This document shows positions 8,570 to 16,594 of a stretch of 49,904 nt of DNA, piece by piece. A model generated the notes under the pieces. The model saw nothing but the letters and a program-made list of their open reading frames with translations. It was not told the DNA's origin and searched no databases. The position numbers were made by a program, and so were the translations under genes. Every line of letters starts with the position of its first letter. Positions within the stretch are counted from its first letter, which is position 1. The DNA comes from Candidatus Scatosoma pullistercoris (GTDB taxonomy: Bacteria > Bacillota > Clostridia > Christensenellales > Borkfalkiaceae): positions 1 to 49,904 of the forward strand of contig DVMZ01000172.1 of the NCBI GenBank assembly GCA_018714725.1. The letters run 5' to 3'.

Positions 8570-10894
8570 TCAACCCTCCCACGGCTGCATGTAACGGAAT
8601 ACTTTTCCGTCTTTCACCACGCTTCCGAAAATCGGACGCTTTGAGAAATAATTCAGGCGGTACATCTCTTCCAGCATTTCCTGTTTATCGTAATATTTCA
8701 GGCTGTTTTTGAGGAAATCGATCACTTCCTGCGGGAAGCCCTCTTCCGAATACAGCGTGCCCTCGTAATCATACTGCACCCAGCTTCCGTCGTCCTGTTT
8801 CACAGAAACGGTCATGCCGTCATAATAGATTTCGTCGGTGAAAATCCCCGATTCCCGGCTGACAAACACGCTGGTCCGGTCGGAGAGCATACTGACGCCC
8901 TGATAGAGATTGAGGTTATAATTGTATCCGACCAGTTGCAGAAGCGTGGGAAGAATGTCGAAAGAACAGACGAACTTGTCCACAATGGTCTTCCCCTGCA
9001 AAGGGCTGTCCGTATCCTTTTCCGCACGGAAATCCAGAGCATGATAATCCGCGTAGAACCCGGAATCGGGCGTCACGAAACAATCCATGCTGCCGCCGTA
9101 CCAGAAGAAACAGGGAATGTTATAAAGCGCGGTATTCCAGTTGTCCCCTTCCGGAACCCCTTTGAGGTAGAAATTCTGATTCCCGTAATAAGCCGAATGA
9201 TCGGCATAGAACAGGAACGCCGTGTCGTCGAGCTGTCCCGTCCGGTCCAGATCGTAAATGAGGGAATTGACCGCTTCGTCCAGATCCATGAGCCCCGCCT
9301 GATACCGCTTATAGGACAAATAAATTTCTTCCAGCTTTCCGGCGGAAAAATCCGTCGTTTCGGGATCGGTGTCCAGCCGGATTTTTTTGTCCGCCACAAA
9401 CGTTTCGGGATACCCATCGATCACTTCATAGTATTTTTCAAATCCCTTCACCGTACAGTTTTCGGAAAATTCCGCTTTGAGCCGTTCCTGCTCGACAAGC
9501 CGTTCTTCTTCCGTCATGTCCGAATCGTAATACCAGTCCTGCCGGAACGGATAATCGCCGTTGTCGATCAGATCTTTATAATTCCCGTGCGAGGATAGGG
9601 TCATGTGCATGGTGAAAAACGCGTCGTCCCCGTCCTTCCGATAGGTGTATTCCGGGAAATAATTCTCCGTGACCTGCGCGTCTTTGTCAAAATCGTAAAA
9701 GCTGTCCTTGACAATCGAGCCGTCCTCCGCACATCCGTCCAGCGCGGGCATATCGTCGAGAAAATGCGCCGCATCGAACCCGAAGATCCCGCCTGCCCCG
9801 TAAGTGATTTCCCGGTTATAAAAGCTCTTCGTGTTCGCGTGAAAATAACTGGTCGTATAACCGGCCTCCCTCAGCAACGCGGGAAGCGTGAAGGGAAGCG
9901 AAGTCTTTTTCAGTTTGGTCGCCGGATCGCTGTTGACGGGATAACTGCCGAGCACGGACAGCGCTTCCGAATGATTGGTCTTGTCCCGCGCGTAATATTC
10001 CGTAAAGGCGATTCCCTCGGTCGCCAGCTCGTACAGCGTGGGCGTATATTCCTCGTTGATGCCGTACCATTCGCCCGATTCGATCACGATCAGCACGATA
10101 TTTTTTCCGTGCAGCGAACCCGTATAAATGCTGTCTCCGTAGGCGGAATTGCTCATCTCGCCCGACAGGAAATAATTGTCCAGCGCGGAGAGTTCCTGCC
10201 GTTCTTCATCGGGGTCGTTGCCCAACAGCATATCGATCGTATTTGAAATATTCATGAAATAAAATCCGAAAAAGCCGAATTTTTTCAGCGCTTTGGACGG
10301 AATGAACTGCGTGGTGTAAAGAAGTTTGTCGTCGTTGTAATCGGACAGCTCGTCCGCGACCGTCGCGCTCCGGAAGGAACCGACGGTGACGTTATAGAGG
10401 AGCAGGGACGCGTTCTCCCCGATAATGCAGCAGACCAGGAGCAGAATGACCATATTGCGGCTGAATTTTGCCCGCGGCGTCCGCAAAAAACGGAAAATCA
10501 GAGCAGATCCCGCCAGTTCCGCCGCAAACAGCAGCAACATACCCGCAAGCATCCACCAATTCATGAAATCGGCGTTGAAAACGCCCCCCACTTCCTTGGC
10601 GAGATTGAGCATGGTCAGGCTGAACACCATGCCGCTCATGCTGAACAGCGCCTCATTGATAAAAGAAATGATAATCTGAATCACAAGCAGAACAGCGCCT
10701 AGCACAATCGAGGGAATTTCCCACGGCAAAATAAAAATCAGCAACGCAATGCCGAAAATAAAGGCGAAGTCCAGCCCCCAATACGCGGGAAATGCCCCCA
10801 ATCCCATGACGGAAAAGGAGATAACTTCCAGAAGAATTGCCGTTACGGCATATAAAAGCGCGTACAGCGCTTTCTTTTTCAGCAGTCTTTCCAT
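8570..10894 (-). CDS. LTA synthase (LtaS)-family / sulfatase-domain membrane protein (phosphoglycerol-transferase-like)
   Basis: 774 aa. Multiple N-terminal TM helices are followed by an extracellular alkaline-phosphatase-superfamily domain (GKNIVLIVIESGEWYG..., ...FLFYADHSAYYG). Confidence 0.8.
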   Translation of the reverse strand: MERLLKKKALYALLYAVTAILLEVISFSVMGLGAFPAYWGLDFAFIFGIALLIFILPWEIPSIVLGAVLLVIQIIISFINEALFSMSGMVFSLTMLNLAKEVGGVFNADFMNWWMLAGMLLLFAAELAGSALIFRFLRTPRAKFSRNMVILLLVCCIIGENASLLLYNVTVGSFRSATVADELSDYNDDKLLYTTQFIPSKALKKFGFFGFYFMNISNTIDMLLGNDPDEERQELSALDNYFLSGEMSNSAYGDSIYTGSLHGKNIVLIVIESGEWYGINEEYTPTLYELATEGIAFTEYYARDKTNHSEALSVLGSYPVNSDPATKLKKTSLPFTLPALLREAGYTTSYFHANTKSFYNREITYGAGGIFGFDAAHFLDDMPALDGCAEDGSIVKDSFYDFDKDAQVTENYFPEYTYRKDGDDAFFTMHMTLSSHGNYKDLIDNGDYPFRQDWYYDSDMTEEERLVEQERLKAEFSENCTVKGFEKYYEVIDGYPETFVADKKIRLDTDPETTDFSAGKLEEIYLSYKRYQAGLMDLDEAVNSLIYDLDRTGQLDDTAFLFYADHSAYYGNQNFYLKGVPEGDNWNTALYNIPCFFWYGGSMDCFVTPDSGFYADYHALDFRAEKDTDSPLQGKTIVDKFVCSFDILPTLLQLVGYNYNLNLYQGVSMLSDRTSVFVSRESGIFTDEIYYDGMTVSVKQDDGSWVQYDYEGTLYSEEGFPQEVIDFLKNSLKYYDKQEMLEEMYRLNYFSKRPIFGSVVKDGKVFRYMQPWEG

Positions 10895-11051
10895 TTTTTA
10901 TCCCGAATTTGTTCCGGAGTCAATCCGGACTGTATTTCACTGTATTTATTGTTTTCTGTTTTACTGTTTTTTATTTTACTTTACCGTTTCTTTTACGGTT
11001 TCCTGATTGTTCCGCTTGAATTCCGTCTGTTTTCCGCCTGCGGTCGGAAGC

Positions 11052-12389
11052 TCAGGAACCCGTCCCGCCCTTCCCCTCAAAAAATTCCCGGTAAATTGCC
11101 CGGATGCAGGCGGCGCAATCGGCATTGTCCACGCCGACGATGATATTCAGCTCGCTGGATCCCTGGTCGATCATAATGACGTTGATATTCGCCTCGGACA
11201 ATGCCTTGAACAGCCTGGCGGCAGTGCCGATCGCGTTTGCCATGCCGTGCCCGACCGTGGCGATCAGCGCAATGTCCTCATGCGTGCGCACGGAATCGGG
11301 ATGCACTTCCTCCCGTATGTCCGAAACGATCTTTTCCAACACGCCGCCCGACAGATAGCGATTGTCGATGACCACGGACATGGTATCGATTCCCGAGGGC
11401 AAATGCTCGAACGAAACGCCGTAGCGGCTGAGAATACCCAATACTCTGGCGGCGAATCCGATTTCGCCGTTCATCATGGATTTTTCCAGAAAAATGACCG
11501 TAAAATCTTTTTTTCCCGCAATGCCCGTCACCGCGTTTTCTTCCCGGCGGCGCTTTGCGGAAGCGACGATATACGTCCCCTCGTCCGAAGGCCGGAACGT
11601 GTTGCAGATCCGGATGGGAATCCCCGCGCTGCGGACGGGAAAAATCGATTCGCTGTGCAGGACGTTCGCGCCCATATAGGACAATTCCCGAAGCTCTTGA
11701 TAGGAAAGTTCTCGGATGCACTGCGGAGAAGGGACGATTTTCGGATCGCAGGCGAAAAAGCCGCTGACGTCCGTCCAGTTCTCATAGAGCGCGGCCTTCA
11801 CCGCCCGCGCGACGACGGCGCCCGAAATATCGCTGCCGCCGCGGGAAAAGGTGCGGATTTTGCCGTCCGCCCCCCTGCCGTAAAAGCCGGGAATCACCGC
11901 GCGCGGATATTTCCGGAGCACGGACGCCGCCAGGGCATATGTAGTTGCGTCCAGCGAACCGTCCGGCGCGAACCGGACGATTTCCTCCGCGTCCACGAAC
12001 GGGACGTCCAGAACCGCCGCCATCAGCCGCCCGGCGAGATACTCTCCGCGGGAAGCGCAGTAATCCGCTCCCGCGCCCGCGCGGATATTCCGCCCGATTT
12101 CGTCCAGCGCTTCCCCCATTCCGACGTCCTTTTCCAGCTCCTTTTCCATTCCCTCGAACCGGGAACGGATCCTGGAAAACACTTCGCCGAAATTCGCCCC
12201 GGAAGAAGCCAGTTCATGACAGCGATAGAGAAGATCGGTCACCTTGACGTCTCCTCCAAAGCGTTTTCCGGGCGCGGAAACCACGACATACCGCCTCTCC
12301 GCGTCTGCATTCACTATCTCCGCCGCCCTGCGGATAATCGTTCCGTCTGCCATGGACGTACCGCCGAATTTACACACTTTGATGCTCAT
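11052..12389 (-). CDS. lysC: Aspartate kinase
   Basis: ATG at 12389 (the track start 12395 is a GTG inside the SD GGGGAG). MSIKVCKFGGTSMADG kinase N-terminus. C-terminal ACT-like regions. Confidence 0.92.
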   Translation of the reverse strand: MSIKVCKFGGTSMADGTIIRRAAEIVNADAERRYVVVSAPGKRFGGDVKVTDLLYRCHELASSGANFGEVFSRIRSRFEGMEKELEKDVGMGEALDEIGRNIRAGAGADYCASRGEYLAGRLMAAVLDVPFVDAEEIVRFAPDGSLDATTYALAASVLRKYPRAVIPGFYGRGADGKIRTFSRGGSDISGAVVARAVKAALYENWTDVSGFFACDPKIVPSPQCIRELSYQELRELSYMGANVLHSESIFPVRSAGIPIRICNTFRPSDEGTYIVASAKRRREENAVTGIAGKKDFTVIFLEKSMMNGEIGFAARVLGILSRYGVSFEHLPSGIDTMSVVIDNRYLSGGVLEKIVSDIREEVHPDSVRTHEDIALIATVGHGMANAIGTAARLFKALSEANINVIMIDQGSSELNIIVGVDNADCAACIRAIYREFFEGKGGTGS

Positions 12390-12474
12390 AGACACTCCCC
12401 GCGCCTTCGCGGACGCTGTTTTGCCGTACTTTCTTCCCTTTATTCATATGCCGGCGTCAGCCGGCAAAGTGCTT

Positions 12475-12497
12475 CCCCCGCGCGGAACGCGCGGGGG
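12475..12497 (-). terminator. GC hairpin downstream of the cdaA unit (weak terminator candidate)
   Basis: CCCCCGCGC (12475-12483), loop GGAAC, GCGCGGGGG (12489-12497). There is no clear U-tract on the minus strand. Confidence 0.3.
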
Positions 12498-12536
12498 ACG
12501 GAATCCGGACGCCTTGCTTGCGCCGGCCGGATGCGC

Positions 12537-12644
12537 TCAGATATTGAGAAAAACCACCACCAGCACCGCTACCGCCGCCGAAATCAGCTTGATCCAGAGT
12601 TTGTCGACAAACACGCCTTTCATGAATTTCCCGAATTTGTTCAT
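12537..12644 (-). CDS. Unlisted 35-aa single-TM micro-ORF immediately downstream of cdaA
   Basis: Below the track size cut-off. The cdaA stop TAA is directly followed by AGGAG, then 7 nt, then ATG at 12644. Translation MNKFGKFMKGVFVDKLWIKLISAAVAVLVVVFLNI* has a basic N-terminus and a hydrophobic helix. Confidence 0.45.
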   Translation of the reverse strand: MNKFGKFMKGVFVDKLWIKLISAAVAVLVVVFLNI

Positions 12645-12656
12645 TGTCCCGCTCCT

Positions 12657-13529
12657 TTACCTGGTTTTTTTGTCCGAAATGGGCAGTTCCTGCCAGTAAT
12701 AATCGCGAAGGGCGTTTTTGAGAATATCGTAATCGGCGTATCTCTGCACATTGCCCTGCTTGATCACCGAAATGATTCCGGTCTCTTCCGAGACGACCAG
12801 GGAAACGACGTTCGCCACTTCGGTGATGCCGATGCCCGCGCGGTGTCGGGTGCCAAATTCCTTGGGATAACTGGTTTTCTGCGTCAGCGGCAGAAAACAT
12901 CCCGCCGCCTGGATTTTATGGCCGCGGATGATCATCGCGCCGTCATGAAGGGGCGCCTTGGGGAAGAAAATTCCTTCAATGAGCTGCGTGGAGATTTCCG
13001 CGTCCAGCATCACGCCGCTCTGCAGCACCTGCTTGGGCAGATTGCCCTTGGAGAGCACGATCAGCGCCCCGACGTTATTTTTGGACATATTCTGCAGGGC
13101 CTTGATGATGTCGGAAATACAGCGCTCCACATCCGCGGGCGTGCGGTCTTCCGAGCCGCTGACAATTTTCTCCGCTTTCTCCGTGCGGGGATTATGCACG
13201 TCCCAAAGGCTCTTTTTCACTTCCACATTGAAGAGAATCAGCATGAACATGGAGAGCAATATGACAAAATACAGATAAAAGTCCCCTTTGAGCAGCGAGG
13301 TTGCAAACTGCATTACGCCCATGACGATGAGCAGGCCCCAGTACAGAAACATCAGCCGCGTGGCGTCATTCTCCCTGAGAACTCTGGAGACATAGTACAC
13401 CAACAGATATACCAGTACGATCTCCGCGGCATATGCCACCGTAAAGCCCGTGAAAAAATCGATGAGTCCGTTTCCGAACTTCGTCAGTCCCTCCGCAAAC
13501 GCAGAGCCTGCCAAAACAGATGTCTTCAT
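12657..13529 (-). CDS. cdaA: Diadenylate cyclase, membrane-anchored (CdaA/DacA type)
   Basis: ATG at codon 15 of the track ORF, preceded by GGGAGAAAGG. Three N-terminal TM helices. DAC-domain motifs LHDGAMII and GTRHRAGIGITE...VVSEETGIISV. Confidence 0.9.
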   Translation of the reverse strand: MKTSVLAGSAFAEGLTKFGNGLIDFFTGFTVAYAAEIVLVYLLVYYVSRVLRENDATRLMFLYWGLLIVMGVMQFATSLLKGDFYLYFVILLSMFMLILFNVEVKKSLWDVHNPRTEKAEKIVSGSEDRTPADVERCISDIIKALQNMSKNNVGALIVLSKGNLPKQVLQSGVMLDAEISTQLIEGIFFPKAPLHDGAMIIRGHKIQAAGCFLPLTQKTSYPKEFGTRHRAGIGITEVANVVSLVVSEETGIISVIKQGNVQRYADYDILKNALRDYYWQELPISDKKTR

Positions 13530-13720
13530 ATCCTTTCTCCCGAAGCGCCGTCCCTCTTTCGGACGCGCCAAAGAATAAACCGCTGCAACAACCGCCCCCG
13601 GCCGACCGCAAACTTTGCGAAGTCCGCCCGTAAAAAACGGTGAAATGAGAGTCCCCGACGGAGCCGCTCCTTACAGATTGTGCTTCCGCCCGATTCCGGC
13701 AGAGACGGGTCAAAAAAAGG

Positions 13721-14728
13721 TCATCGCTTCCCTGCCTTCCCGAAAAAGAGCTTTGCCGTCACCCGTTTCAGCGCGGAGGGAGAGGTGAGTTCCCCGCTCT
13801 TGACGGCGCTGACCGCCCCGTAGATATCCGTATAATATCCGAGAACGCTCCCGCGGGCAAACCCCGCCGCCTGTTCGCGGCTCTTTTTCACCGCGTATTC
13901 CTTCATGCCCAGCGCCGCCGCCACTTCCCGGTCGCTGCCGCCGGACACGGAGACTTCGTAAAGGCTGCGGAAATGATAGCACAGCGCGTTGAGAAGCGAA
14001 ATTTCGTCGAAGCCCTTGGAGGACAGCTCGCCGAGAATGCGCGCGAAAGCCGAATAATTTTTTCGGGATATCGCATTCGACAATTCGTAGATTTTATATT
14101 CCGAATCGGGGTACACGGCTTCGTCCACGACGGCGTCCGTCAGCCGCGAAAGGCCTTTGGCCTCGCAGTAAATCAGGAGTTTTTCCGTCTCTTTGGCGAT
14201 GCGGGACATGTCGTAGACGCAATAAGCGGCAAGTTTTCCGCAGGTCACCCCGTCGACGTATACGCCCGCGCGCTTACAGGTGACGTAAATCCATTTTTTG
14301 ATCGTCTCTTCGTCCGAGCGGCCGCAATCCACAAACACGACGCCGGGCTTTCTGGAAAGCGCCGCGCATCCGGCCTTTCCCTTGCCCGCGTTGTCGATGA
14401 TGAGCACCCCGTCCTCCGGCGGATGTTCAAAAAGATCGCGGAGATAGTTTTCGTAGTCCTTTTCCGTCGGATAAAATTCGGAAACTTTTACAAACCGTTT
14501 TCCGCCGGAAAAAGAGAAACTGCTCAACGCGGAAAGGAGGGTTTTGAGTTTGTCCCCTTTGAGCGCCCCGCCGTCGAACGCCGTATAATCCAGCACGGGA
14601 TCTTTGAGAAACCGGTCTTTGAGAAGCGCCGCTCCTCGTTCCCGGAAATACGTTTCCTCCCCTTCAAAGAGATAGACGGGCCGGGCGCCGTTTTCGTCCG
14701 TGAATTTTCTGAAATCGACGTATTTCAT
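13721..14728 (-). CDS. holA: DNA polymerase III delta subunit
   Basis: 335 aa. N-terminus ...RPVYLFEGEETYFRE... is typical of HolA. It directly follows comEC, as in many Firmicutes. Confidence 0.85.
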   Translation of the reverse strand: MKYVDFRKFTDENGARPVYLFEGEETYFRERGAALLKDRFLKDPVLDYTAFDGGALKGDKLKTLLSALSSFSFSGGKRFVKVSEFYPTEKDYENYLRDLFEHPPEDGVLIIDNAGKGKAGCAALSRKPGVVFVDCGRSDEETIKKWIYVTCKRAGVYVDGVTCGKLAAYCVYDMSRIAKETEKLLIYCEAKGLSRLTDAVVDEAVYPDSEYKIYELSNAISRKNYSAFARILGELSSKGFDEISLLNALCYHFRSLYEVSVSGGSDREVAAALGMKEYAVKKSREQAAGFARGSVLGYYTDIYGAVSAVKSGELTSPSALKRVTAKLFFGKAGKR

Positions 14729-14818
14729 GCCCTTTCCGAAACGCCTCCCGAAAACTTTCCCTTATTATAGCACATCAAAAGAAAAAACGCAAGGGAAACG
14801 AAGAGGGAAAAAGGTCGT

Positions 14819-16432
14819 TCAGCCCGCGACAATCCCTGCGGAAAACACAAAAGCGGCCAGAAAAACCGATGCCGCCGCAAATTTTCCCCGTTTTCCGAAA
14901 TTGATTTTTCCCGACAGCACGACAAAAAACGCATAATACGCCGCCAAAGCCCCGCCCGACAGCTTTCCGATCCCCGCCGGCGCAAAATCCGCGGCATGAA
15001 AAAGCAGCAATGCCGCCGACCAGAGCACGGAAGGGATATACAGCAATACGGAAGCGGCGGACGGCAAGAGACAGGCAAGCAGCACGATCGCCAGCAACGC
15101 CGCAAAAACCGCCCCGATCAAAGGCACGAACAGACAGTTGAGAAACAGGCTCCACACCGACAGATAGCCGAATGCGTTGAGGAGCAACGGCGCGGTTCCG
15201 ACCTGCGCCGAAAGGGTGACGGAGAAAAAGGAGACGGCGTCCCTGCGAGCCTTCGCCGCGATGCTCAACGGCTTGTCCTCCGCCTTCGGACTTTTTCCGG
15301 GCAACAGCGCGTCCAATCCGTCCCGGAAAAAACGGGAAAACAGACCGATGGACAAACAGGCCGCAAACGAGAGCTGAAAGCCGAGATCAAATACCTGTAC
15401 GGGATGAACCGCCAGCAGGACAAGCGCCGCTATCCCCGTATTCTCCACGAGGTCGGACTTTATCCCCAGCAAAAAAGAAGCGTACAGCACAAAGCACATC
15501 ACCGCGGCGCGGACGACGGATGCGGAAAAGCCGCAGACGCCCGCATAGAACAAAATGAAAAGGGATACGGAAAAAAGGCGGGCGAGTTTCGGAAGGCCGC
15601 GCAGCCCGGTCTTTTCCGTCAACATACGGACAAACGCATACAGGGCGCCGACATGCAATCCCGAGACGGAAAAGATGTGCGCGATGCCGCCGTAACGCAC
15701 GTTTTCGAGCAATCCCGCCTCTATTCCGGAGGTGTCTCCGATGAGCAGTGCATACGTCACCGCGGCAGACTGTTCGTCCATGGCGCCGTACAGCGTGTCC
15801 CGTATCCTGCGCCGGACGTTGAGAAACACATTTTCCGATCTGTCCGCCACGGCCAGCGATTCCGCTTCCGCCCGATAAAAAATGCTCTTTTCCACATTTT
15901 CGCTCCGGAACCCGTAATCGTCGGAAAGGGCGAGGTCGGTCTCCACCCTTCCCGTCAGCACCACGCGGTCGGCAATCTTCACCCGATCGGAAAATTCCGC
16001 AGGCAGGGAAGCGACGAGTTTGCCGGAAACCTTCTCTCCGTCCACGGAAAGCCCGGACAGGAGCAGCCGCGCTCCGCCGGAGAATTCCTCTTTTTCCTCC
16101 ACCGTGCCGACCACGACGCATTCGCCCGAAATTCCGGGCGCGGCGGAAAACGCGCGCACTTCCTCCCAAAAAGAAAGTGCGCCCCACCACGAACAGAGCA
16201 GAAGAGCAAAAGCCGCCAGGACGGAACGGAGTCCCCTCCCCGGGAAAAAGACGGGCGCCAGGACGGGCACGAGAAGCCCGGGCAACAGCCAAAGACAGGA
16301 CGCGCCGGAAAACAGCCGCGCCCGGGCGAATAAAATCCCGAGCGCGAAAAACGCCGCCGCAAACAAAGCGGGACGGAAATTGAACACTCTCCCGTCCTGT
16401 CTGTTTTCGGCAGCGTCTGAAAGTTTCTTCAT
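14819..16432 (-). CDS. comEC: ComEC/Rec2-family DNA-uptake channel protein, short form (no metallo-beta-lactamase domain evident)
   Basis: 537 aa. N-terminal OB/DUF4131-like region, then a polytopic competence domain (...HIFSVSGLHVGALY...). The ORF ends within the TM region. Confidence 0.85.
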   Translation of the reverse strand: MKKLSDAAENRQDGRVFNFRPALFAAAFFALGILFARARLFSGASCLWLLPGLLVPVLAPVFFPGRGLRSVLAAFALLLCSWWGALSFWEEVRAFSAAPGISGECVVVGTVEEKEEFSGGARLLLSGLSVDGEKVSGKLVASLPAEFSDRVKIADRVVLTGRVETDLALSDDYGFRSENVEKSIFYRAEAESLAVADRSENVFLNVRRRIRDTLYGAMDEQSAAVTYALLIGDTSGIEAGLLENVRYGGIAHIFSVSGLHVGALYAFVRMLTEKTGLRGLPKLARLFSVSLFILFYAGVCGFSASVVRAAVMCFVLYASFLLGIKSDLVENTGIAALVLLAVHPVQVFDLGFQLSFAACLSIGLFSRFFRDGLDALLPGKSPKAEDKPLSIAAKARRDAVSFFSVTLSAQVGTAPLLLNAFGYLSVWSLFLNCLFVPLIGAVFAALLAIVLLACLLPSAASVLLYIPSVLWSAALLLFHAADFAPAGIGKLSGGALAAYYAFFVVLSGKINFGKRGKFAAASVFLAAFVFSAGIVAG

Positions 16433-16594
16433 CGGTGTCGCAGGCTCTCCCGCCTCGTTTTGTCTTTCGCAGAATCCGCGCCGCGGAACGCCGCGGCTTG
16501 CGGCAAGAAGAAGTTCCGTGTTTCCGGGAACTTTTCCGGCTTTTCCGGAGAAGCGGGTTCTGTCTGCTCCGGCCCGTCCCTTGCTCCCCCCCCG

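Noticed and set aside
10921-11010. T-rich stretch with reiterated TTTTAC / ACTGTATTT words upstream of the LtaS-like gene, considered as a repeat array or CRISPR-like feature.
   Set aside because: The units are short (6-10 nt), imperfect and without spacers. This is consistent with an AT-rich curved promoter or UP region and not a repeat array. No CRISPR-type repeat-spacer periodicity occurs anywhere in the window.
12390-12536. Possible lysine riboswitch (L-box) or other leader RNA upstream of lysC.
   Set aside because: Only ~145 nt are available. I could not find the conserved L-box core elements by eye, only generic GC hairpins. An Infernal scan would be needed to revisit this.
16441-16454. 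Imperfect direct repeat GCAGGCTCTCCCG (16441-16453) versus GCAGGCCTCTCCCG (23252-23265) flanking the helicase/XRE cassette, considered as att-like insertion scars.
   Set aside because: The repeat is short and differs by one indel. No integrase, transposase or tRNA is nearby. The left copy coincides with the comEC SD region (GGGAGAG on the coding strand). A chance or SD-driven match cannot be excluded.
16586-16593. C8 homopolymer adjacent to the helicase stop codon, considered as a phase-variation tract.
   Set aside because: It lies 1 nt downstream of the stop codon (16595-16597), outside the CDS and not within a promoter spacer. Slippage would not switch the gene.
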